The notes beneath the pieces were generated by a model that saw only the letters and a list, made by a program, of their open reading frames with translations, searched no databases and was not told the origin of the DNA. The position numbers and the translations under genes were made by a program. A stretch of 63,909 nt of DNA, counting the filler, from Lenisia limosa (taxonomy: Eukaryota; Protista; Breviatea), in NCBI GenBank assembly GCA_001655205.1. It is 14 parts of 14 records of this genome, joined end to end, with 100 filler letters (N's around TTAATTAATTAA, not from the genome) between each part and the next. Parts side by side here need not be neighbours in the genome. Positions count along the whole stretch, not along the records: positions 1 to 21,030 come from LPNZ01010041.1; 13 more parts are not named here. The stretch is one strand, 5' to 3'. Below are positions 1 through 11,900 of this stretch, piece by piece. How positions within the stretch are numbered: the first letter of the stretch is position 1; the number at the start of each line of letters is the position of its first letter.

Positions 1-59
1 AACTCAAATCTTGCCTCTGAAAGTAATTCCCCCAAGACACTCCACAAAACACCACCAAC

Positions 60-604
60 CGAGGGCAGTTTAGTGTCAACAACATCCTTGGTAAGGGACT
101 GTGTGGCCATGAAAACGTCCTGAGCAAATGGCGCAAGTTCAGACAGACCAAGGTAAATGGCTCGTCGGAGCTTCCTCTGCTTCGTGAGGCCAAATGGGGG
201 TAGAGACTCAAAGGACGCGGGGGATATCAAACTCAACAGTTATGTGTTATGATGTTCACACCACACCCATCTCACGTCTTTTGTTCCAATGTATTTTGTC
301 AATGAGAAGAACACATCTGTTGCTTCTTGTTGGGTGAACTCCTCACCCTAAAGATTGATGACTTCATGCTGGGATCAGGACTCTTGAAAAAGGAAATACT
401 CCTTACCCTGTTGATGACAATGAATAGCTTGTTTATTTCAGAAAGAAGGCGAGTGGTGCTGATATTGGGGGAATTGAAGATTCTGCAGTCCTGGAGGACG
501 GAAGCTTTGGTGAGCCTCAACAGAGGGTTTGGGACGTCACCTAATAGTGAATAAAAACGGCATAGGGGCTTCTTACCTCCCTTTTCCTTCTTTTTAGAGG
601 ACAT
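60..604 (-). CDS. COPG1: Coatomer subunit gamma, N-terminal part (gene continues beyond window start)
   Basis: Exons 604-577, 540-407, 347-276 and 176-60 with GT-AG introns splice in frame to MSSKKKEKGGDVPNPLLRLTKASVLQDCRIFNSPNISTTRLLSEINKLFIVINR-GEEFTQQEATDVFFSLTKYIGTKD-RKLRRAIYLGLSELAPFAQDVFMATQSLTKD. This matches the gamma-COP N-terminus as recalled (KSAVLQEARVFN...GE.....EAT..FF..TK...LRR..YL...SLTKD). Confidence 0.92.
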
Positions 605-879
605 GGTGTAACTACGGAAAGTTTGTACTCTCAATAAACTGTTCTTCTCTTATAAATATGCTCAAAAAACTAAGATTGTCTAATTGTGTGAGTTGTCATC
701 GTAAAAAAAAAACCCAAAAAACAACAAAGTAGTAAATTTTACGAGAAATTAACAAATATATATTAGGGTCAATTCCAACATTTTTTGCATTTGTTTTGTG
801 CTTAAGCCAAAGCTTTTGGAATGTATTGATGTGAAGCAAACAAATAACGTGAAAAAATCCCAGTCCACAAGTTCTAAGA

Positions 880-3800
880 ATGACACCTAATGATGACAAC
901 GTCAGTGTTGATGATGAGGACGAGTTTTGCTGCGCTATGTGTCAATGGTGGGATGGCGGGGGGTACTGCTAATGTGGGGAGAGGGAGGTGGGGGTGCAAT
1001 TCTTAATAGACTGGGTCTAAATGATTTTTGTTGGGTGCTACAGAGTGAGTAAGAAGGGGGAGGCAGCCTCTAGTTATATAATTGAAAAGGTGGTTTTTTT
1101 TATGAACAAAAATTTAAAAAATAGAAGGTTAATTTTTACAACTACGGACGTTTTTTTTTTAAGAACACCCCATTTAGGCAAACCCCAATATGTGGATAAT
1201 ACTATAGCACTATTGATAATAGATGGCGTAGTTTTACTCCGGCATTTTAATTTCTTACTCTGTTTAGTGGTGCAATGGAAGACGAGCCCCTCATAGTTGC
1301 ATGCAAATGCACAGGGTCCAGTGGGCTGTACCATGCCGAATGTCTTGCATCATGGCTTCAGTCATCAAAGCGACAGGTTACTTGTTTGACTAACACTGAA
1401 ATGCGATTTGTGTGGTTCGCTTTATGAATACGAATTTGCTTTAGACCCTCAAGATGAGCAGGTTCTCAAGAAAGCTCAGGAAAAGACATCATGGATTGAA
1501 TCTTCCCTTTCCTTCTTGTTTGATTGTAACATCTTACCAGGCTATCTGCTCTCTCAATTCCTACCACTTCAATTTCATACCTCCTGTTTTCAAGCTCATC
1601 TCCATTCATCTTCCACAGCCCTGTATTTGACAAGGTATTTTGTTTATTGTGACTTGACGGAAACGCCATTTCTGGAGCCCCCAGTCACATTTTCGGCAGA
1701 AAAGGCCCAGCATCTCCTCAAGGTTTTCTTTTTGTCTGTAACCAGCTTGCCAAACATCCTGAAACATACCATCTCATGCAGCAATCAGGATTCACTAAAA
1801 TATCAATCAATGCTGCTTCTCCAGTATGGGGGATTTCTACGACTCTGTGCAATTAAAGATTTGAAGAAATTAATCGACAAGATTTGAAATTAAAGTTTCT
1901 GAAATGGAATTCCCATGACAATATGTCCTCACTTCAAATTTTGCAATTAATTTTTCTACTAATTGCACGGAGCCCTATGGATTTGTCATTTGTTTATTGT
2001 GTTAAAATTACAGAGCAAATGATATGGGGNNNNNNNNNNNNNNNNNNNNNNNNNNNNNNNNNNNNNNNNNNNNNNNNNNNNNNNNNNNCAGATATCATCT
2101 TCTCTCTTTAATATAGTACTATAATAGGAATATCGTATCAGTATTCTGTTTATATATTTTTGAAATGCCCACTTGGTAATTCTTCAGAGCTCAGAAGATG
2201 CGTTACGGAGCTTGCTCTTTTTGAGGAAGTATTCTGATATCCACTTTGAGTTTTGCTTCACAACCCCCCTTGGCCTATCCGCAGACTCCCCTATTCTCCG
2301 CCTATCTTACCATGTTTGATTGGGAGGTTTCAGATGTTGTCTTACACGGATTACCCTTTTATTTTTCCATTTCTACACTTCCAAAATGCTCGTCTTGATT
2401 TGGCTGTAACGGCAACCTCATCAGGAAGCCAGTTTCTGCCCCACTTTAAGTTCCCTGTTACCTGGAGACCCCTTTGAACTATATTTCTTCACAAAAGTAG
2501 GAAATCAGTTGGTTATTGTAGCATTATTTTGAGTTGTTGCGATTGTTTCTGGACTTTAACTGCCCAGGTCCACGAGGAGCTAATGTATGCAATCCAAAAA
2601 GGGAAGTGTCTCCTGACAAAAGTCGTAGCATCGCCTCATCCGGACCTTGTTCTTGGGACTGACCTTGAGGGGCTTGAGCTGGTGCTTTCATCAAAGGCAC
2701 ATGGGGAGGCCGTGTCACTTTACAAAGGTGCAGGCGTCAATGTTGACTCAAAGGTGTGGATTACATTGTTTTGTAGTAAAGTCTCTATTGAAACTAGGAT
2801 CATATAAATCTGGTAGTTGAACTGTGCATTTCAAATCGAATAGTACTGTTTCTCTGAAGTCTTCTATTTTTTTATCAACCTTAGTTCTGTTGCTCTTTGC
2901 TCATATCGTAGGTGTTTACCTCTTACGCTGGGCCTCTTGTCATCCAAAGGCACTTTATTCACCTTTACCTCGATCTCAAGGACGGTAGGGATTCTTCCGT
3001 ATCATTAGGATTACAAGACTTATTATTATTACTTTATTTGCTTTATCTAATCCAATCATCACCCCTTTCTAATCCTATCCCTTAAGCGCATTTCTCCAAC
3101 ATCCCCTCAAGAACCATTCCTCCCACTGTGCCACAAACGTCAAATGGTATGGAATAAAATGACTGCAAAAACTAAGGTTCTCAAATATTGCTATTAAGCC
3201 TCCTAAAGATACGGCAGATCAATCACCAGTATTATTTTCTTTCCAATCCTTAGTTCTGTTGATCCTTGGCCCTCTCTACCTCCCATCACTACATTCAGCC
3301 CCTCCCAAGTGGACGGCAATCATGCGCGAGGTTGAACAGAGCTATTCAGTGGAGAATGCCCTCTTGTTGAACAAGGTTAATAATATTAAGGTAGGGGGGG
3401 GGGGCAACTTCTTGAAGTTTTAAGAGTTTTATATTGCTCTGCGATTAACATTATTTTCTTTCCAATAACTTTCATTCACCATCAAGGTTTCACGAACAAC
3501 AATTGGACTCGATCGCCTCCAAAAGCTCCTATGTGGGTCGTCTTTAATTGAGACTCCCCTGCGGTTCATAATAAAGGGGAAATGTCAGCATGTGTCAGCT
3601 CAAAATTTTCTTGCGATATGATTATTGTGGGAAAGTCAAACATTTATGGTGTAACGTCAGATATGTATGTGATATGATATCTATGCGATATTTGGTGGTA
3701 TTTAGTTCATTCTGTTTTCTATTAACCTCTCTGATTACATTTCAGGTAGCATGTATCCTCCACGTTCTCTGCTCTCATGGGACGTTCTTCTTTCTCCAAT

Positions 3801-5854
3801 TCTTTTCTTTGTCAATCCTGCCTTCTCAATCTCAGCGTTTGCAGGGGTGCTTTTTGAATATCTTGCTTTACAAGCTTCCATATAATAATATTGCTAGTAC
3901 AGAAGTCGTCTCCAAAGCATTCTTTCACCTCTCAGACTCTCAACCATTTCTATTCTGAAGTGCCAAACCGGCGCAAGTTCTCTTTTATCTTTTGGTATGA
4001 AACGAATGCACTATTTCTGAACCATTTTTCTCTTGTCACATGGTGAAAGAGTTTAACTGTTCAGGTTTACCACGAGAGGTGACTAATGTTTCGGTTTGTT
4101 GATTATTACTAACAAAGAATCTTCTTTATCGGATCTTCTTCGCTTCATATGGCTACTATGCGGGAGTCCAAGCATTGGCATCTTTCCAATTGGCTTCTGA
4201 ACTAACATCTTCTCTCTTCAGGTCTGGCGTACAAAGAGAAAATGTGATGTGTTTTTGTTGAAAACAGAATAATACCTCATTACGAACCACATGATAGCTA
4301 GCACCCTTACCATTGACTCATCTTGTCAGATTGTGCATTCGCAACTCTACCATTAACAGCCTAATTATGTCAGCTGGGGTTATAGCTGTTCACAATCACA
4401 ACGGTGAACTGTTTACTCACCATTCAGGTACAAGGAGGAGGAAGCCTTCGCGAGCTCTGCCCAGCATCTCATTCGTATGTTTTAAAACACAATAAATGAA
4501 AATCTTGGAACAGCATCCTTAATTATTTCTCAAATTTTCACTTTCAAGGGTCTGACAATGCTTTTGTCACCACTGATTACCCCCGTGACCTGTCGTCATT
4601 GAATAACCAGCTTGTTGTTGAAGGGAGTCCCAAAACCAATGGTTCGTGGCAACAATGTTTGGGCTTAGTCCTTTTGTTTGTGAACATTCTTATCAATACC
4701 CCCTCAGGCAATTCGCATCCATTAAAATGCTCAGTCAGCACTCTCAAGACCGTTGCACTCAAATTCGGTCTTATTGCCTTTGTCACCGCCCTTCAATTTG
4801 CACTCTCTTATACAGTTTTTTTCTCATTTTAACCCGCCCTACTCCTTCCAGTTGTCTCTTAGTCTTATGTTGCCATTCCAAGTCTATTCAAACACGGCGG
4901 CCCTAGCTGTTTCCCTGTCACCGGTCGTGTTAGTGTCGTCCCTGCTTTACAGTATTGGAAGCCCTTCTTCTGCAGTTCTAATGGCCACCATTGGTATTTG
5001 TTTCCACTCACCTAGGATCCAATCTGGTACTCCAAGTCACAGAGACAATCCAACGGGACAGTCGCCTGTTGAGTGAGGGTGTCGAGTTCCAGGGATACAG
5101 AGACAGGGTCAAGGCGGCATTGGAACCGGTTCAGGTAGGGCAAGCCTTTTAATTCTCAATTTGCTTTCACAGTAAAAATCTGTTCTTTTTTCGCTTTGGT
5201 CCAAACCCATTGTTGTCTGTGCTGATATGGCAGAATTCCATCCCGATATCCCTCAGATTGGCTCTCAGCGTATCTTGCCTCACATTGCCACTTGCCACCA
5301 TTTTAATGACATCTGAGTCTTCTGTCTGGCTTCTGGGTAGGACGGGTGGAGATTTAGTCGCTCTTTTTTTTTTTTAGTTTCTGATACCTTGGAATAACGA
5401 CTGCTATTCCTTCCGTTTTTAACCTTGCAGGTGCGACAGTTCTCTCTTCACTGATCTCCTTTGGAACCTGTTTCTATGTAAGTGGCGTGGCCTGCTGTTT
5501 GCGCTTGTGTGTATATTTGTTTTGTTTGGAGTTCCAGATTACTCGGTTAGTACCTTTATGTCAATATTCTCTAACCCCCCCTCCACCCCCTCTCTCTAAC
5601 CGATTTAGGGTATTAGGCACCTTCGTGACTACTTCTTTGTTGAGCGGGCGAAGGTCCAATATGGTAAACCTACTCTTGTGCATCGCCTGTTTGAGGATGA
5701 AAGTTGAAATATGGTCTATTTCCCCATTTTATTGATTTCTTTCCCCATAAGCTTGTTCCTATAATCATAGGAAACATGGAAACAAATACATTATAAAATC
5801 AGCACAAGAAAGCAGGAGAAAGAAGGAAGGGTCACCTTCTCTTCTTCTTTTTAG
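880..5854 (+). CDS. MARCHF6: MARCH6/Doa10-like RING-CH multi-pass E3 ubiquitin ligase
   Basis: Exon 880-947 plus the exon from ~1269 give MTPNDDNVSVDDEDEFCCAMCQCGAMEDEPLIVACKCTGSSGLYHAECLASWLQSSKRQ-KCDLCGSLYEYEF, a complete C4HC3 RING-CH at the N-terminus. About 4.5 kb of hydrophobic exons follow, including a TD-domain-like YYAGVQALASFQLASELTSSLFRSGV (~4150-4230) and a C-terminal WKQIHYKISTRKQEKEGRV. Internal exon structure and stop position are approximate. Confidence 0.8.
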
Positions 5855-5945
5855 GAGTCATGTTGGTGTTCTGTACCTTAGAGCTGTTCAAACTCTACAA
5901 CGTTGGACTACCAATAAAACATCATTTTTACTCAAAGCTTACAAC

Positions 5946-8900
5946 TTACTGCGTTTCCGATGGCGATATTGAAAAGAGCAGCAAATTCCCCCGCTCTCCC
6001 CCACCTGTTTCCCCCACCTGTTTATTTTTGAGGCACAGTTTCAAATATCGTGGCACAGCGGTCCACTCAGAGAAGCTTTTGGGTATGGACGGGAAGTGCT
6101 TTCTAGGGAGTGAATGGTGCGAACAAGACATAAGCGTCTTATCTCCCCCACTTGAAGGCAGGACTGGTGTGGAGGACGGGATGGCTCATAGCAAAACGGT
6201 AGGAGTGGACGAAGAGAAGGGGGAAGCGCGACGAGAAGTAGTTGAAGTAGCCGTGGGGGAGAGGGCCCATTTGGTCCTGTGGGGTGACTGTAAACTGGGC
6301 ACATGTATAGAAAAGCAGACAGCATTGTAACTAATCAAACAAAATGTCAGAGCAGCGTCTAAAAGATCTAGCACAGTCTTTAATGCCCATGTCGACATCT
6401 TCAAAGAACACAAACTAATACCTGTAAGTTTGGCTCAAGATCTCGGAAGTGGTTTCGTTTATTTCGAACAACTCTCAGGAGGTCCCTTGTAGATCCTGAA
6501 TCATATTTTCGGTACCTGTAGGAGTGAGTAAAACCAGTTTTATTATTCTTGATAATATTTCAATTTTAAAGGATGCATTATATGTCAATCAAGTATTACA
6601 ACGATCCTCAAGGAAATCAGCCCAACCCTCACCTGCCTAAGTTGGCGATCAGCTCACTGCTGAGCAGTGTATCCCATCCGTCTAAGAGGTAATGGATGAT
6701 CATCAATGGAAAAAAGGGCGATGAAGTGTGTTCATAATAATAAAGCATCAAGGGGTCAAGAAAGGTCAAAAATAGTATTCACATTTTGCTCGCATTTTGA
6801 TTTGATTATTGTGCGATGTATGTCATAATGTGTTTCTTTCTCGAAGTTGTGTTGTGGTTGACCCTGTTTGTGGATTCTGGTTTATTTGCCTTTTGTTTAC
6901 TTCCAATTTGATCCCCTTATGTATGTCTGATTCATCGCAAGGAGACATTTTCACTCCTATGTGCCATTATTGCCCACATCTCCGCAAAAAACCACAGCCT
7001 TCCCGTGCCTGACCGCAACGTCCCAACAGGCTGTGATCAAGCGTAAATTCTTGTCTTCGCGGCTGTCTGAAGAAGCTCACCAAGGCGCGTGGTGTCGGTT
7101 AAGTGAGCTCCCCCCCCCCACTCCCTTTGGTATGACAGTTTCGATTCAAAATTGAACCACAACTCATCTTATGCAAACATTTAATAGGGATCTGATTTAC
7201 GCATTTGACTGTGTTGTTTTCCAAACGTGGAATATTGTTTTGTGTCAATAAAAAGTTGTTTCCTTTCATAGTACGCCTAATTGTCCTCTTGATAACATCT
7301 TCGAAATCGATGAACGGGTATCATGGACCAACCTCTTGGTAACAAAAAAAATGTGTGGGGAAATAAGTGGAATGGAAAACACGACCATAAATGTGGTTTG
7401 TTTTGAGCAGTTGATGAACTGGTTTTTGTGCAAGCCGTCTTGTCTGCCCCCCCCCCACCGGTCTCAGAAATGCCNNNNNNNNNNNNNNNNNNNNNNNNNN
7501 NNNNNNNNNNNNNNNNNNNNNNNNNNNNNNNNNNNNNNNNNNNNNNNNNNNNNNNNNNNNNNNNNNNNNNNNNNNNNNNNNNNNNNNNNNNNNNNNNNNN
7601 NNNNNNNNNNNNNNNNNNNNNAGGGGCTTACCGGAAGAACTTCAAGCTCGTCTGAGAGATCCAGCAAGAACGAGAGTTTCTGTTCAATGTCCCAAAATGC
7701 AGGGTGGTCGAGAACTTGTTGAATAGACGGCCTAAAAGAGATAAAATGGAGGCTATCTAAATGGCACCTTCTTCCTAGAATATTATCCTGAATATGGACT
7801 ATTCTGGACCACACCATCAATTGCCTCTTGAGCTATGGAGGCACAGTGTGCGAACAACATTTCCTTTTACACCCCCTGTCACCTATACGACGGCGAATGT
7901 GCAACCATGGCGTGAATGAGGTCCGAAAAGTCGGGAGCATCAGCAAGCACTTTGGATCCCACGATCTTGGCTGCCGAAATATGGGCTTCCCTCTGTACAC
8001 TATCGCCAAATGGGTGGCCACCTCCGGAGATGACGTAATAGAATAGTAAACCTGGAGGTAGGTGAGACAATTGGTTCTTTTCTTCTATCGTACTTTCAAT
8101 TGACATAATTAACAAATTCTTCTCAGTTTGTATTACTCAATAGCTCAACCCGGCCTACCTAGAGAGAAGATATCAACCGACTTCGTGAACCTTCGTGATT
8201 CTGTTGAAGCTGATCTGAGGAGTCAGTTTAGACAAGTGGAACAAATAAGCAAATGGACATACACTACCTCAAAATACTACCGGAACCTGATGGTCAGAAG
8301 AGTAGTACCTCGTCGTCCAACATTATTTTAATAAAGTATCCATCAGTGTGATCAATGCAATGCCCCCCACTCTTCAATTGGAGAGTTCTGCAGGACGGGT
8401 GAGGAGTCCCAAGATGACGATTCAACCCCCAGGAGTTCAGGTGCCCTCCACCTACAAAGTCAGCTACCAACTCATCAATGTCCTTCAGCATGGGTACATA
8501 ATTTATTAACCTTTCAAAAAAGTGGCACAAATTTCCATTTGGATAAAATAGCAAAACTGCTCCGAGTTTGTTGCGTATACATTGAAAGAGAAGCCTGAAG
8601 CAAAACGAAAAATCATATCACTTTTGAATCATTTTCACACGTGTCAACTATCATTTCCACGCAGTGAATGCTACTTTATCCACTCGTATGAAATCGACAA
8701 AAAAGTCGGTCATATGATCATGTTTAAAATATTAAAGTGCACAGTTATATTGATGGTGTGCAACAGCATACATATCATATGTAATACACGATATGTTTGT
8801 ACTATACTATGTTACAAATAACCCCCAATACCCCAGGGTTCCCCCAGGTCTATTAGTTACGAACGATGAGCGCAGTGTATCAATCTTCCGTCCAATAGAC

Positions 8901-11900
8901 ATGTCACTGACACGAATGCTGCAATGGTCATAAAACGGGGTAAAGAATATATGGGAGTTGTTTGGAACGACATACGACAGACATAATGAACCAGGCAAAA
9001 GGAAGAAAACAAAAACAAAGTACATCGTAATTGCAGTAATTTAAACACCGCAAAAAAAAGAGAATGAAAACGAACACAATTTTCGAGATGAGACAAGAAT
9101 AAACAATAGCTGTGCATCCCCAAGTACCTAGAATCGGGTGCAATGAGAATGTTGGCGGGCTTCAAGTCACGATGGACAATTGAGTTTGAATGTAGATGTT
9201 GTAAGCCTGGGGTTGAGGTCATATACATGTAGTAATATAGCAGTGAGAAATAAAAAACAAGGTTGTATCTGGCTGAAGGCGTCCACACAACCACGCTTAG
9301 AAGAGATTTTGAATTATACCAAGGGAAATACAAAAGGACTTTTAGTCACGCAAATTTCACATATGAAGACGCACCTCGTGATATTTGCAGACAAACTTCG
9401 ATAATTCGAGGTGAAGGGTAGGCAGCAACCCCAGTATAGTCAAAGGTTGTGGTACAGAGCTGTTCCCAGGAGTCAGACTCGGAAGACACACATCTGTTGA
9501 AATGAACTGGAGATTTCGTGGTGTTACTTCTCTTAGGAACTTGCTGCCACCTCTTTAGACTTAATAGGAACATAGCAAGTAATCCCAATAAAAAAGCCCA
9601 AATTCTTGTATTAAATGGGATATGATATGATATACAATGTAGAATTACTTTTCCCTCGCATACCATACTACTGTTGCCCCCCCCCCCACTCTTTTCCAGA
9701 GTCGTCAACACCCTCAATCTCCTTGACCAGAGTGTGCGAGCACCTCTCTAGCGCAAGGTAAAGGAAACACTCGTCATGTGCCTCACTAAAGTACCTGGAG
9801 TGTCACCGTCATTTTACTTGTATGAGCAACAAACAAAATTGATATCCATAATCAGAAGCCCTACAACGTAGAGGTGAAATAGTGAAGCCCTACAACGTAG
9901 AGGTGAAATAGTGAAGCCCTGCATGAAACATGGCATGTGAAAAAATGATTGAAAGAGCAGTATGAACATCACGTCCTATGTTACAGTGTATATTGCAATG
10001 AATATAGACTTTGAAAGTCTTGCGAAAACCGTTCTATTATCCAGAGCTTTCATCCACACACCTGACCACATTTGGATGCGTGTCGGACTGGAGCAAAAGG
10101 TCTACTTCCCTCCTTGCAAACTCGTGGAAGGGCGCCAACATTCCTTCGGGGGGGGGGGNNNNNNNNNNNNNNNNNNNNNNNNNNNNNNNNNNNNNNNNNN
10201 NNNNNNNNNNNNNNNNNNNNNNNNNNNNNNNNNNNNNNNGAAAAGCGGGGTTAGAAGGAAGGTAGAAAATTGTTGGCTCAATCACAAAACACAGTTCGAC
10301 CAGGACCTCAACCCACATTCATCACAATGTCCAAACCTGGAGACTGTTTCCCTTAGCAAACAACCCACTTTTGACTGCGACGTCCCGTGACTGCAATTTG
10401 CCTGAAAACACCATGGTACCATGAGAACCGTATCCAATGACTTCGGAACTCATTACAATGTCCCCCTGAATACATAATTCGACTCCAAAAACAAATATAC
10501 TAATATCGATATTTCCGGGGATTTATCAAGAATAGAGTCCTTTAGGAACATAGTTCAGCCCAAGTATTAGGCAGTAATTGATAACCACTTACAATAATAG
10601 TGTTGCCGTCAACATCGGTGCTGGACTGAATGCTTTGCTGGAATATCAGAAGATAACAGCACGTTATCCAAGATGAAACCACATTATGAAGAATAAACAT
10701 GTGAAGCCAGTAGTATCAGCCCCACCTTTTCCTGAAGTTCTATTCTGAGCTCATCCCTCAGCTCGTCCTTGAGTCCCTGGGTAATCTCCGTTCGGAGGGC
10801 CATTTCAATTTCACGAATAGACTGTGGGGGGGGGGGGTCAAATGGAAGNNNNNNNNNNNNNNNNNNNNNNNNNNNNNNNNNNNNNNNNNNNNNNNNNNNN
10901 NNNNNNNNNNNCGGTATTATGAAAAACAGAAAGAGGAGGATCTGTATCCCACCCTACGGGCTTTTTCTCGTCCTTTTCAATTTCAGGGGGAGGAGGCAGC
11001 GGTTTTGACTCGAACTGTGGGTGCGAAAGGTGAAGCGAGAGGGTAGGGTTTGACGAGGCCCATATCTTGCGGGTATACGTATCATATTCTCATTGCTATA
11101 TACTGTGACCTGGATAAGTCTTGATCGATCTGCTCTGTGATTTCCCAGGAAAATCATGTTGTCACTACTGGAAAAGAAAAGCTTAAATGAAGGATATAGC
11201 TATCTGATATACAGTCTTCCGATTGTTTATTCCATGAACATCACAGTGAATTGAACTAAAAAAAGTACAATCCTTTTTGTCTCCTCCCCCACTCTTTTTC
11301 TCAGGAACAACGCGGTTGTTGCAATGGTACTAATCAGCGTGACAACAACTAGCCATATCTAAAGAAGTCAAAAGTGGGTGGGATCGAGTAGTTCCATCTG
11401 AGTGTGATAATGTCGGTGTAAAGCCTCCCACATTGACATCGATTGTCTTTGGGGGGTTGACTATGAGATGAGGAGGGTCAACCTCCTTCGTAATACAGGA
11501 CCTGCTGAATTAGTTGCATGAATACAAAAGAAAGGTGATATGACGTCAGCTGTACGTTAACCTCTGCTATTGACAAACTCTGTCTTTTTCGTGACCAAAG
11601 TGAAGCCCAAGATTGCTCCCACTCACCCATCGGGGCAGGACTCGGCAACGTCAACACTGGCAGTCATCCACGTGACTCCCTCAAATTCGAACAACTCATT
11701 ATCGGCAAAGGCGAAAGGCGTATTAGTGTCATTGGAGCCTCGAGGGGAGCATACTGTCTCCGCATCGGGGGTGCACTCATCTTCTGCAGAATATCGGTTA
11801 GCGGGGTAATTTTGTACAATTATAAGCCGATTCACATCAGTTGGTAGCTTCGGAAAAAGTTATTTCAACTTGTTGCGATATTAGACCGAGCCCCCTGAAC

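Noticed and set aside
845-855. UPRE-like TAACGTGA upstream of MARCH6
   Set aside because: A one-mismatch 8-mer, expected by chance.
5880-5972. Overlap of MARCH6 and IRE1 coding sequences
   Set aside because: A better MARCH6 C-terminus (WKQIHYKISTRK…GRV) ends at 5854, so no CDS overlap is needed.
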